A DNA stretch of 54,764 nt from Dongiaceae bacterium (GCA_035564035.1 DATMTU010000156.1:1-54764), one strand, 5' to 3'; shown: positions 17,356 to 26,041, counted from the stretch's first letter. Numbers and translations are program-made. The notes: generated by a model from the letters alone, not told the origin.

Positions 17356-17790
17356 AGTTATGGGTGTATGAAGCGAGAGGAGAGGTTTGCGGACGGCGGT
17401 TCAACTCCGCCCGGGTCCACCACATGCGCATTGCCTGTCAATACAGAGAAGTCTGATCCCTTCCTCTGATTGCAGTCCGGGTAACAGCGGAACAGTGCGT
17501 ATCTGATGGGCCCGTAATGGTTTCGACGTGGGCCTGCGAATCGAGTTGACACCTCAGAGAGGCGACTGTCTGTGAAGTACCCATTAGTCCTCCTGGTGGG
17601 TATGAATGAACTCAGCGCAAAACCAAGACCTGCCAATGACAGTGTCTACAATCAGGCCCTTGCCGCCTGATTCGATGTAGTCAGGACACTCTAGGATTAA
17701 ACCCCGAACAGCGAAGGGCGTTTGTGCTTAACCGGAAATAGCAGCCCGGAACCCGTTAGCTGAGAGTCATCGTCACCGAAAGTCCTGACC
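17356..17790 (+). ncRNA. ssrA: Circularly permuted (two-piece) tmRNA; tag ANDSVYNQALAA at 17632-17670
   Basis: Acceptor piece (T-arm GGCGG-TTCAACT-CCGCC, CGGGTCC-A-CCA ending 17422) lies upstream of the coding piece starting GGGCCCG-TAATGGTTTCGAC at 17508; G3.U70 pair; tag frame ends ALAA-stop. Outer boundaries approximate. Confidence 0.92.
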
Positions 17791-17851
17791 AGTGCACTCT
17801 TTCGCAAGAGAGAGTGTATCTGTAAGCCTCTTCCCATGAGGGGGTTTACAG

Positions 17852-17998
17852 ATGTGAATGTGTTGACTGAGTGGTCTAAGGTGAGCACACGTATCCGCTG
17901 ACAGGATGGCGATGCTGGGAGTACGGGTATAGCCCGTCGTGAGTGCCGCTTGCAGCAGCTGCCCTCCCCGTCCGTTCGAATCGGACACGCGTTTACAT
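17852..17998 (+). ncRNA. tRNA-like RNA with 12-bp acceptor-like stem, expanded anticodon and variable arms, no CCA
   Basis: D-arm TGACTGAGTGGTCTAAGGT, perfect T-arm GTCCG-TTCGAAT-CGGAC (17970-17986), closing stem 17852-63/17987-98. Confidence 0.65.
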
Positions 17999-18016
17999 TT
18001 AAATTGGAGACTTGCT

Positions 18017-18199
18017 GTGGAAACTACCATCGGTGCGGTTGTAGTTAATGACCTCGGCCGTATCCTACCGAACACTACCCGGTCTACCATGTCTAGATGT
18101 GAAGAGGATGCAATCGCTTTCTTCGGTGAAGATACGTGGAAAAAGATGAAGCTTCTCGGGTGTTCCGTGAGACAAGTTGAAATCAAGGTTACAGCCTAA
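18017..18199 (+). CDS. Small hypothetical protein (GTG start)
   Basis: GGAG RBS before GTG 18017; the upstream ORF extension overlaps the tRNA-like RNA. Confidence 0.6.
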   Translation: METTIGAVVVNDLGRILPNTTRSTMSRCEEDAIAFFGEDTWKKMKLLGCSVRQVEIKVTA

Positions 18200-18260
18200 T
18201 CGCTGATGAGTCTGGGGCTCTAAACTGCAGACGAAACGCACAGGTCATCGTGCGTACGAT
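18193..18260 (+). ncRNA. Type I hammerhead ribozyme
   Basis: Stem I ATCG/CGAT, core CTGATGA (18203-09), stem II GTCTG/CAGAC, GAAA (18233-36), stem III ACGCAC/GTGCGT, GUA cleavage triplet ending 18256; loop II GGGCT can pair with AGCCT 18193-97. Confidence 0.88.
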
Positions 18261-18577
18261 CGGGACGAAGTGCCCGACACCTACGAACTTACGGTGCAGT
18301 GGGTGCATTAGTTATTCGCGACTACGGCAGCTACCGTAGACGAGGATCAAACCGTACGACCGAACTAGCAGTTCGGTAAGTTGTTGATGTGGATTCGCTC
18401 CACCTTAAGTCAGCAGCCTGTAGAACATCACCTTCTTCGTGCACGGGGAAGGAAACATACTCGAAGCGCACAGCGGCTGAGTGTAGATGTTTTATGGGGT
18501 GATGTCTTTCATAGAGCTGCTACCGCCATAGGTAGCTTCGAAAGAGGATGAGTTCACTCTGCTCACTGGACTCCTTT
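18257..18577 (+). ncRNA. Putative structured RNA between the hammerhead and tRNA-Thr
   Basis: ORF-free, chain of hairpins (18322-39, 18359-77, 18425-32/18498-505, 18519-36). Confidence 0.4.
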
Positions 18578-18652
18578 GCCGGTATAGCTCAGAGGCAGAG
18601 CAGCCGCTTTGTAAGCGGCAGGTCGAGATTTCAAAATTCTCTGCCGGCACCA
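18578..18652 (+). tRNA. tRNA-Thr(UGU)
   Basis: GCCGGTA/TGCCGGC + ACCA, D-arm GCTC/GAGC, anticodon arm GCCGC-TTTGTAA-GCGGC. Confidence 0.93.
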
Positions 18653-18657
18653 ATATA

Positions 18658-18685
18658 CCCCCGCCTTTATGGCGGGGCTTTTATG
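18658..18685 (+). terminator. Intrinsic terminator closing the RNA island
   Basis: CCCCGCC/GGCGGGG stem followed by CTTTT. Confidence 0.75.
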
Positions 18686-18721
18686 CCCCTTGTCAACTTC
18701 TTTTGGAAAAGCGAATAAACC

Positions 18722-19240
18722 ATGACACGTTTCCATCCAAATACGGAACCAGTCAAAGACTACTTCGGCAGTGATCTTTTTGCATTGAAGAGTCACTTCT
18801 GTGACGGGCGCTACGGTGGTGCTAATGCTGACACGGTCGTCATAGGCAGTGAAACTGGATTGCCGGAAGGTGGCTGTCTAGTCGCCATCAGGGGGCAGAT
18901 GCGTACTGTTACTTTAGTAGTCTACCGCAGCGACAAGAAACCTGTGGCTACCAAAGCGGCGACAGGGGTCGGGATGCACATTGTGGAGCATTACCACCTT
19001 GATCCGCTTGATAACGCACTCACCGATGACGATGGTAGCCACGAGATGAGCGAGGAAGTCATCGCTCACAAGTGTGCAGAAGCCAAGAAAGAAGAGCTGA
19101 TGGGTCAACGTCTGTGGCCTTATTCCATCACTACGATGGATGGAGACGTCTACTTCGCTTATGAACCTTTTGTCTACACACCTATCTCTGTGGACATCCA
19201 GATGATGCACATCAACAAAGTACGTAAAGACCGACCATAA
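18722..19240 (+). CDS. Hypothetical protein
   Basis: 172-aa ORF between two terminators. Confidence 0.65.
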   Translation: MTRFHPNTEPVKDYFGSDLFALKSHFCDGRYGGANADTVVIGSETGLPEGGCLVAIRGQMRTVTLVVYRSDKKPVATKAATGVGMHIVEHYHLDPLDNALTDDDGSHEMSEEVIAHKCAEAKKEELMGQRLWPYSITTMDGDVYFAYEPFVYTPISVDIQMMHINKVRKDRP

Positions 19241-19246
19241 AACAGC

Positions 19247-19272
19247 GGGGCTTCGGCCCCTCTTTTTTTTTT
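19247..19272 (+). terminator. Intrinsic terminator (UUCG loop)
   Basis: GGGGC-TTCG-GCCCC followed by a long T tract. Confidence 0.85.
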
Positions 19273-19297
19273 ACAGTGAACCAGTAAGAAATAAACC

Positions 19298-19305
19298 TAT
19301 ATTAC
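19298..19305 (+). promoter_or_regulatory. phiKZ-type early promoter motif TATATTAC
   Basis: Exact match to the phiKZ early consensus, intergenic after a terminator, A-rich upstream. Confidence 0.65.
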
Positions 19306-19351
19306 TCAACTGAATTCAACCTATCTATCAACAATTAATCGGAGTATTGAA

Positions 19352-19573
19352 ATGGGAGACTTGTTTCCTACCAAAGGCGAAATGTCACGCAAGCATCGCA
19401 TACTCGTTGGCTCAGTCATTTTCGGTTTGTATGTGTTGGGTTTTGCCGTCACCGATAGTGAGAAAATAGACGAAGATTGCAGGATGGATAATGCCTGTGT
19501 CCCTCGCCACTACGAAGATTTACGTGAGAAGGATAGGAAGTATATCCTTGAAAATTTCGCTAGCTGTCTCTAA
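19352..19573 (+). CDS. Small membrane protein
   Basis: GGAG RBS, one hydrophobic helix. Confidence 0.6.
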   Translation: MGDLFPTKGEMSRKHRILVGSVIFGLYVLGFAVTDSEKIDEDCRMDNACVPRHYEDLREKDRKYILENFASCL

Positions 19574-19586
19574 CCGGAGTTGACTC

Positions 19587-19934
19587 ATGAAAAGCTGCTA
19601 CATTGCGTTCTCCATCCATGGATCGAACTGCTTCATCATTGCAAGTAAGGACTTAGAAGACGAGGCCTACAATGCTCTGATTAAAACGGGCAAGTTCTTT
19701 CCCGTGACGTCTCGTCTGCCTACGTTTCGGCGGGTAGGCACTAAGCTCGGTTGGACGCGCCTCAACACCAAAGACGGTGCCCCGATGAAGTCGGTGCCGC
19801 TGATCTTGAGTCGGTTCAATGAACTGGCGAAAGACGGCTGGACGGTCGACAAAACAAAGTTCGTGGAGAAGCACTACCGTGGAAAGTACACTCGTCCTGT
19901 ATCGCGGCGATTACCAGAAGATCCGCGAGTTTGA
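19587..19934 (+). CDS. Hypothetical protein
   Basis: GGAG RBS, 115 aa. Confidence 0.65.
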   Translation: MKSCYIAFSIHGSNCFIIASKDLEDEAYNALIKTGKFFPVTSRLPTFRRVGTKLGWTRLNTKDGAPMKSVPLILSRFNELAKDGWTVDKTKFVEKHYRGKYTRPVSRRLPEDPRV

Positions 19935-20808
19935 CATCAACAAAGCCAATAAGCACTGTCTGGTGGGGCAAGGGATCTACCTCACCGACAGTTTGAAAGT
20001 CGCTAACACGTACCGTACTAAGGGGTATGGGATCGATACGGGTACGCTCACTCTTGTGAACGGTCGGTTCATTAGCAAAGGTCACGCACAGGAAGCGGCT
20101 TTCCAAAAGTACATGGAGTACACCTGGAAACAGGAATACGGTACAGAGTTGGAGTTGGCGACCAAGCAAGCCAAAGCCAATCACCGTCTGTCGTTACTGC
20201 CTCTCTGGGAGGATTTGCTCCGTGGGAATGGAAAGCTCAAGATAGAAGCACAACGTGATACGCGTGGCAGTTACTGGAACGTCACGATCACATTGAAGAC
20301 GACAGAGCGTGCGATTGGTCGTGTCTCGGTGTTTGCGTTTGATAACGCGAACAATGCTTTTGACAACAAAGTGGTGAACCTTTCGAAGGTTATCCAGGAT
20401 AAGAAAGTGCGTGAGGTGATGGCTGGAATTCCCTATTTCAATCCGTTGGGCGTTCCGAAAAATGAGTACGTGGAGCGATTTATCGACTACGTACTCGATC
20501 ATGGCATCAATGTGTGTCCGGGTGCGACGACGCAAAACACGTACGGACGATATCGGTGGACAAGTCGTTGGAGTGCTGTATCGTCAACGCAGTTACCCAT
20601 TAACGAAAAGGAGGTCGCTCGACGGGTGATAGCGATGCAAGGTGGCCAAGGAAAAGCTTACAACAAATTGTCCAAACGGCTGGCTAGCTTGGACTATCTT
20701 GGCTATGAGTACGCTGGTGGTTTAATTACTAACAATATCAGCCACCGTGCTTTCTCCCTGTGGGATGACGACTTCGTCAACGAGCATTTCATCGAACGTC
20801 GCTGTTGA
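19879..20808 (+). CDS. Putative ADP-ribosyltransferase-like (ART-PolyVal-type) protein; start uncertain (GTG 19879 or ATG 19819)
   Basis: LYRGD...FD...GQGIYLTDS...ANTY pattern typical of ART folds. Confidence 0.5.
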   Translation: MESTLVLYRGDYQKIREFDINKANKHCLVGQGIYLTDSLKVANTYRTKGYGIDTGTLTLVNGRFISKGHAQEAAFQKYMEYTWKQEYGTELELATKQAKANHRLSLLPLWEDLLRGNGKLKIEAQRDTRGSYWNVTITLKTTERAIGRVSVFAFDNANNAFDNKVVNLSKVIQDKKVREVMAGIPYFNPLGVPKNEYVERFIDYVLDHGINVCPGATTQNTYGRYRWTSRWSAVSSTQLPINEKEVARRVIAMQGGQGKAYNKLSKRLASLDYLGYEYAGGLITNNISHRAFSLWDDDFVNEHFIERRC

Positions 20809-20815
20809 GTAAAGC

Positions 20816-20844
20816 AGAGCCCCTCCCGTAACGGGAGGGGCTCT
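20816..20844. repeat. GCCCCTCCC-loop-GGGAGGGGC hairpin family member (also at 21499, 25528, 31500, 32335, 38732)
   Basis: Near-identical stem repeated in six intergenic sites. Confidence 0.8.
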
Positions 20845-20881
20845 ATGCTGCGAATACTATGATTTTTGTCGAGGAACTATC

Positions 20882-21487
20882 ATGTCCACCGGTACGCATT
20901 TGGTTGATCCGGCTATCTCGAAGAAACACATCGACCAGAGTATCGATGCGCTCATGAAGCGAGTGACGGTTAATACAGAGTTTTGGATTCCGTATTTGGC
21001 AGGATATTCCATCGATTGGAAGAACCAGCCACCGACCGTTTTCCATGACCCGCGTCTGCCTGAACGGCTACCCTACCCTGGTAGTGCTGTCAACGGTGAA
21101 ACGACCATTGATGTCATGCGTTACCGTTTGATCCATGAATGCACTGAGAAGTGTCTGATGGATGAACTGGGTATGCCATACATTCTGGCACACAACTTGG
21201 CGACGGCTGCAGAGAAAACGGCTGTAGAGGCTGATGGGTATTCGTGGGATATCTACACGAATCTCTTAACACCGTACATCAAGTTAGTGGAGACCAAGCC
21301 GGACGATTTAACTTCTCCGGCTAATCTGGACACACGACCTTACGTACAAGAGCATTTCTCTGGTCTTTCAGAGATGTCAACGGAAGGTTTCCAAGGATGC
21401 TTTCGCCATCGCCACGCTACGCCCTCTGTAACGTCGCAAGCGATCAATCCTCTTGATAGGAAGCACTACCCTTTATACGGGTGGTAA
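20882..21487 (+). CDS. Hypothetical protein with HExxE motif
   Basis: GAGG RBS; IHECTE and a downstream AH. Confidence 0.65.
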   Translation: MSTGTHLVDPAISKKHIDQSIDALMKRVTVNTEFWIPYLAGYSIDWKNQPPTVFHDPRLPERLPYPGSAVNGETTIDVMRYRLIHECTEKCLMDELGMPYILAHNLATAAEKTAVEADGYSWDIYTNLLTPYIKLVETKPDDLTSPANLDTRPYVQEHFSGLSEMSTEGFQGCFRHRHATPSVTSQAINPLDRKHYPLYGW

Positions 21488-21498
21488 ACACGCATAAA

Positions 21499-21522
21499 GC
21501 CCCTCCCGTTTAAGGGAGGGGC
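21499..21522. terminator. Bidirectional hairpin between convergent genes
   Basis: GCCCCTCCC/GGGAGGGGC stem. Confidence 0.7.
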
Positions 21523-21536
21523 GATATGTTTCTTTC

Positions 21537-23054
21537 TCAGAACAAACCGGGCTGCTTCATGGCTTCCAGGATGCTCTCGCCATTCGGGCTACCGAGGCCA
21601 GTTGTAGGATCCCAACCAGCACCTGCAGCATAACCCGCATTATTACCCTTCGTCACGTCGTGGAAACAGCTTGACGGGATCTTGTACACCAACGTCTGGA
21701 TTTGCGGTATGGTCTTACCCAAAGACTGGTTCATACGCGCAATGAGAGCTGCCCAGAGCGGTGCTACAGCACTTGTACCGCCCACCACCTGCATTTGACC
21801 GTTGACCTCTACCTGATAACCTGTCACAGGGTCGGCCAGGCCAGCTACATCAGGAACGCCGCGGCCTGACAGCTTGTAATTAGTTTCTGTCTGCCATTGC
21901 GGTACCGGGAAGACAACTGAAACACCACCACCAGTGGCACCGTCACCGTTGACATTTTCGTTCCAAACGGTTTCCAGAGAAATGCGACCCTGGGGAGCGA
22001 TGAGGGTGGTGCCGCCACAGGCCAGCACATAGGGCGAGCTGGACGGGAAGTCACAGTGGTTTTTATTATCCCTGATGCCATCTGCGGCACCGTTATCGCC
22101 AGCAGCTACAGTTATCGAAAAGCCAAGCTTCGCTGCATCTTCCAGCGCAGAATTGATGGCGTCAACAGCCTGCTGACCCCATTCATCTTCCGGGCCACCC
22201 CACGAAATCGAAATCACCGAAGGTTTGTTGACCGTGTCATGAGCAGCCGTTGAGATGGCTTCAAAGAAACCTTGGTCAGTGTTATTGGCGAAGTAGACCG
22301 CCTGCTTGGCACCCGGTGCACAACAGCCAATCACCTCGATGTCCAGCTGTACCTCACCGTCAGCATCACTTCCCGGGGAGTTGGTAGTGCCTAATACTGG
22401 AACATCCACAATCACTGGAGTGCGAACACCCATTTTACCGAAATAGTCGTTGAGGTTACTCTGGGTATAACCGCCACCCAGTTCAATCACAGCGATGCAC
22501 TGACCGGTACCATCGGTGTTATCCGGGAAGTTGTAGAGATGCGCTACTTCAGTCGGCGGGTAGGAGATCTGTCCGTCGCTCATACCGAAGCTACCCGGAG
22601 CATGCGCCTTAATGTAGGTGCTTGCACGTGGGCGACGATCGAGACCTAATACAGCCATCACACCGAGATGCTGGTGCGGCTCTTTTGAGCACGCTACAAA
22701 CTCTTCCTGAGTGTCTAAGTGGCGATAGCTATGGAGTTCTACCTGGAAAAGCTTAGCCAGCTCAGCAGGGCAAGCTTTAAGGCGCATGACACGCCGACCG
22801 GTATCGTAATGCGTCTCTTCGATAGACGAGTTTGTACTAATGGAATTGTGGGCTGCAATCGCGGTACGGAGCGGTGCAGATATGATATCATCTGCACCAT
22901 GGTTCAATGCGAGATCTGCATGCGCAACCGGTTCATTTGAACCTACGAGTTGTTTACGGTTAAAGACAACCGTTACTTCAATCGGTTCATCGCAGTGATG
23001 AACGCCAAGGAATTCGGCGCGCTTAGGCGGAGTCCAGCGAGGTAGAGCAGTCAT
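21537..23054 (-). CDS. S53 (sedolisin/kumamolisin) serine-carboxyl peptidase with prodomain
   Basis: Catalytic EVQLD, SISWG, oxyanion AAGDNG, nucleophile GGTSAVAP, GWDPTTGLGSP Ca-site. Confidence 0.95.
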   Translation of the reverse strand: MTALPRWTPPKRAEFLGVHHCDEPIEVTVVFNRKQLVGSNEPVAHADLALNHGADDIISAPLRTAIAAHNSISTNSSIEETHYDTGRRVMRLKACPAELAKLFQVELHSYRHLDTQEEFVACSKEPHQHLGVMAVLGLDRRPRASTYIKAHAPGSFGMSDGQISYPPTEVAHLYNFPDNTDGTGQCIAVIELGGGYTQSNLNDYFGKMGVRTPVIVDVPVLGTTNSPGSDADGEVQLDIEVIGCCAPGAKQAVYFANNTDQGFFEAISTAAHDTVNKPSVISISWGGPEDEWGQQAVDAINSALEDAAKLGFSITVAAGDNGAADGIRDNKNHCDFPSSSPYVLACGGTTLIAPQGRISLETVWNENVNGDGATGGGVSVVFPVPQWQTETNYKLSGRGVPDVAGLADPVTGYQVEVNGQMQVVGGTSAVAPLWAALIARMNQSLGKTIPQIQTLVYKIPSSCFHDVTKGNNAGYAAGAGWDPTTGLGSPNGESILEAMKQPGLF

Positions 23055-23161
23055 GGGTGGTTCCTTCAGGAGGAGGGTGATAGTGCCCTCATCTGATTAG
23101 CACCTTTCGATTTTTACATTCCTTGTGAATCCATGAATCTTTTTGACAGGAGGGGTAGACC

Positions 23162-23377
23162 GTGTCTTCTGAAACACCGAAGAAATCGGTAGGAAAGATT
23201 GAGGTGGAAACGCTGGATGCTGATGATGCGCATTCATGTGTTACCATCACCTTCATGCTTCCTAACTCGTTGTATCGCGAAGTTAGACTGAATCACCCGA
23301 GCGGTTGCACCATTGAGGTTTTCGAAGATGGATCCGCGGATGTCCGCTATAAACACCCCATCCAGATGCGCGACTGA
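23162..23377 (+). CDS. Small hypothetical protein
   Basis: AGGAGG RBS, GTG start. Confidence 0.55.
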   Translation: MSSETPKKSVGKIEVETLDADDAHSCVTITFMLPNSLYREVRLNHPSGCTIEVFEDGSADVRYKHPIQMRD

Positions 23378-23497
23378 GAGCTGTCATGGACAACACACAC
23401 TTAGTGAAAAGTATTCGCGATTTGACTCTTTGGGGTCGAGTCAAGCGGAGACTTTTCAAATGGCACAAACACATCACTAACACTTTTAGGTACTCCG

Positions 23498-23851
23498 GTG
23501 GCTAAGCCAACTTTTGACGAAACACTCATGTGGTTGCGCTCCCAACTCCTTTTGGAGCTAGATCGCATCCGTACTATCCACGGTTTGGTACCCAGGCCCC
23601 AAACCACCGTTGAAGAACTGAAGTCATTTACGATGGATGTTCGTGAGACGGGTAAACGACTTTCTAACTACGTCGTTTTGCTCAAGAAACTACAGGAAGC
23701 GGTAGAGACGCCTCCGGAAGCCGACGCCATCATACAAGGGTCTTCAGTGCTTAATCACCTGAACGAGTCGATCAATATGACCATTGCGGTGGTGCAAATC
23801 GAACTCCAGCGTCGAGGTGTGGAACCACCCGCTGTTAAACGTCCAACGTAG
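23498..23851 (+). CDS. Hypothetical helical protein
   Basis: ORF in a compact operon. Confidence 0.55.
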   Translation: MAKPTFDETLMWLRSQLLLELDRIRTIHGLVPRPQTTVEELKSFTMDVRETGKRLSNYVVLLKKLQEAVETPPEADAIIQGSSVLNHLNESINMTIAVVQIELQRRGVEPPAVKRPT

Positions 23852-23861
23852 GAAGAAGACC

Positions 23862-24245
23862 ATGAGCAGTGAACCGTTCGACACTTTGCTGTCTGAGCTT
23901 CAAGAAGCAGTAAAGAATCATTGCCGTTCCTGCTCTAAAGTCGCCAACGAGTACAACGACATCTTCTACGATGCGACGACAGCAGCAGAAACAGTGGAAG
24001 GCGTGCAAAAGCAGATGATCTTGGCAAAAGTTTCTGCTTTGCTGATTGCCGGTGAATCCGTGAGACTCGTGCTTAACTACGTGAATCGTCGTGCATTGGC
24101 GCTCGCTGAGAACGGCCGGATCACCACACAACAGTCAGGTCGCCTTAAGAAGACCGTTGAAGACTTCAAGAACTCCACCCAGTCACTGGGCGATACCGCC
24201 AGGGGTATTCGTCAGAATGCTCACATGGCTCGTGAAAAACAATAG
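23862..24245 (+). CDS. Hypothetical helical protein
   Basis: ATG 23862 after AGGAAG. Confidence 0.6.
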   Translation: MSSEPFDTLLSELQEAVKNHCRSCSKVANEYNDIFYDATTAAETVEGVQKQMILAKVSALLIAGESVRLVLNYVNRRALALAENGRITTQQSGRLKKTVEDFKNSTQSLGDTARGIRQNAHMAREKQ

Positions 24246-24261
24246 CACGCAAGGATAACCC

Positions 24262-25053
24262 ATGTCGATTCTGAACGATGAAGAGATCAAAGCGCTCTGT
24301 GTTTGCCCCGACAAAAAATGGGTGCAACCGCAAGACCCGAACCACAAGTATCGGCTCCCTGGTGGCGGGATGACGACAACACTCATGGGTTACGACGCTG
24401 AGCCCTACGAAGTTGATTTGACGGAAGAAGAAAAGATTGCCTTCCGTCCTATGATCACACCGTTCGTGGGTGAGCAAGTGAAATCCCTCATGGGTTCCAT
24501 TTCCAAACCAATGAGTGACGGCCAGGGCGGCATCCACATGGTGACCATCCCGAATGGTCCGGAGCGAAGGCTTCTTTCGTACGGTCTTTCGTCGTTCGGC
24601 TACGACGTAAGGTTGTCGGAGGAGATTAAAATCTTCTCCAACATCAATAGCGCCATCGTCGACCCCAAGCGGTTTGATGATGCCTGCCTGATTGATGCCA
24701 CACCCCGTGTGGATGAGGACGGTGCGAAGTTCGTTATTCTTCCGCCGAACAGTTACATGCTTGGTCGAACAGAAGAATACTTCGACATTCCTCGTGACAT
24801 CCTCGTAATTTGCGTCGGTAAGAGCACCTACGCACGAGCCGGTGTTATCGTGAATGTAACGCCCATCGAACCGGGTTTCAAAGGCAATGTTGTGTTGGAG
24901 GCATCAAACGCCACCAATCTTCCTGTGAAGGTCTACCTCAATGAGGGGCTATCGCAGTTCGCCTTCTTCCGTGGAAACCCCTGTAAGGTCTCCTACGGCG
25001 ATCGTGGGGGTAAGTACCAGGGTCAGGTAGGCGTCACCCGATCGAAAGTATAA
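24262..25053 (+). CDS. dcd: dCTP deaminase
   Basis: [44 protein letters not shown] motifs. Confidence 0.95.
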   Translation: MSILNDEEIKALCVCPDKKWVQPQDPNHKYRLPGGGMTTTLMGYDAEPYEVDLTEEEKIAFRPMITPFVGEQVKSLMGSISKPMSDGQGGIHMVTIPNGPERRLLSYGLSSFGYDVRLSEEIKIFSNINSAIVDPKRFDDACLIDATPRVDEDGAKFVILPPNSYMLGRTEEYFDIPRDILVICVGKSTYARAGVIVNVTPIEPGFKGNVVLEASNATNLPVKVYLNEGLSQFAFFRGNPCKVSYGDRGGKYQGQVGVTRSKV

Positions 25054-25118
25054 ATATATACCCTCCAGCCGATAAGGTTGGAGGGATTATTTTCCTCAAA
25101 CTAAACGGTACCGATATC

Positions 25119-25511
25119 GTGAAGATCAAGATTCCCGTTGACCTGTTCTTCTACGCGAATAGTGGCGCAGAGTTCTTGCGTCGGCATATCACCGATGAGC
25201 GTTTACTAAAAGAAATCATTCGGAGGATTAAGTGCCAAGTGATGTTTCTGATAGTGATATTCTTCGGTGTTTACGAAATAGAGAAACACCGCCTGGGGGT
25301 AGAAGGTTATAGGGTTCTTACCTTCTTGTGTGCACTCGGCTTCTGGTGGATGTGTAAAGGCTTCCCTCTACCGCGGCGGCATCAGAAGCCTAAAGATCTT
25401 CCGGCGGTGCATCACTACCTTACCCATTTCAGCACGTCGGCAACGAGTCTCCGTACGAAGGCCATCGCAGCCCAACGGCAAACGGAACTCCTGAATAAAA
25501 CAGTTAATTAG
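25119..25511 (+). CDS. Two-TM membrane protein
   Basis: Two hydrophobic segments. Confidence 0.55.
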   Translation: MKIKIPVDLFFYANSGAEFLRRHITDERLLKEIIRRIKCQVMFLIVIFFGVYEIEKHRLGVEGYRVLTFLCALGFWWMCKGFPLPRRHQKPKDLPAVHHYLTHFSTSATSLRTKAIAAQRQTELLNKTVN

Positions 25512-25555
25512 TTCGTCGGTATATAAAGCCCCTCCCAAAAGGGAGGGGCGATATG

Positions 25556-26041
25556 TTACTGATTCGGGTGAGAGGGTACGACCTGCTTAGGCAAAATGGG
25601 TACACCTAAGATATTGACCGGTGAGGTTTCAATCTCCTCATCGGTGGCAAATTTGTCCCTGCCGTACCGTATGCAGAGTGTGAGCATCAGGACACGGTTG
25701 TCTTCTAGTGTCGTCCATTGAGCCTGGGTAATCAGATTGCCCTTGTTGATCTTAAGCTGGTGAGCGTAACCACCATCAGCGTAAACCAAGCAAGCCTTTG
25801 TGCGCTGAAAGCGGGTCTGCATGGTCATCGGTTCTGGCCCGAAATCCATGCAACTATTCAAGATAACAGGGTCACGCGTTTCCTTAGCGCAATCGGGAAC
25901 CGGTACGGGAGCCAATGTCTGTGTAGTAGCATCCATGACGGGTTTCTTTGAGAGTTTCGTACCGACAAAGTTACAACCTGTCATTGCAAGAATTCCGGCT
26001 AATACCAGCGCAGCCGATAACGCTTTACCAGCAAGTCGCAT
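25556..26041 (-). CDS. Putative lipoprotein
   Basis: MRLAGKALSAALVLAGILAMTG-C signal peptide II pattern; GAGG RBS before ATG 26041. Confidence 0.65.
   Translation of the reverse strand: MRLAGKALSAALVLAGILAMTGCNFVGTKLSKKPVMDATTQTLAPVPVPDCAKETRDPVILNSCMDFGPEPMTMQTRFQRTKACLVYADGGYAHQLKINKGNLITQAQWTTLEDNRVLMLTLCIRYGRDKFATDEEIETSPVNILGVPILPKQVVPSHPNQ

Noticed and set aside
16414..17888. Short minus-strand ORFs across the RNA island
   Set aside because: Overlap tmRNA and structured RNAs on the + strand; no motifs
17852..17998. tRNA-Sec or suppressor tRNA
   Set aside because: No UCA anticodon in a canonical loop, no CCA, arm lengths do not fit
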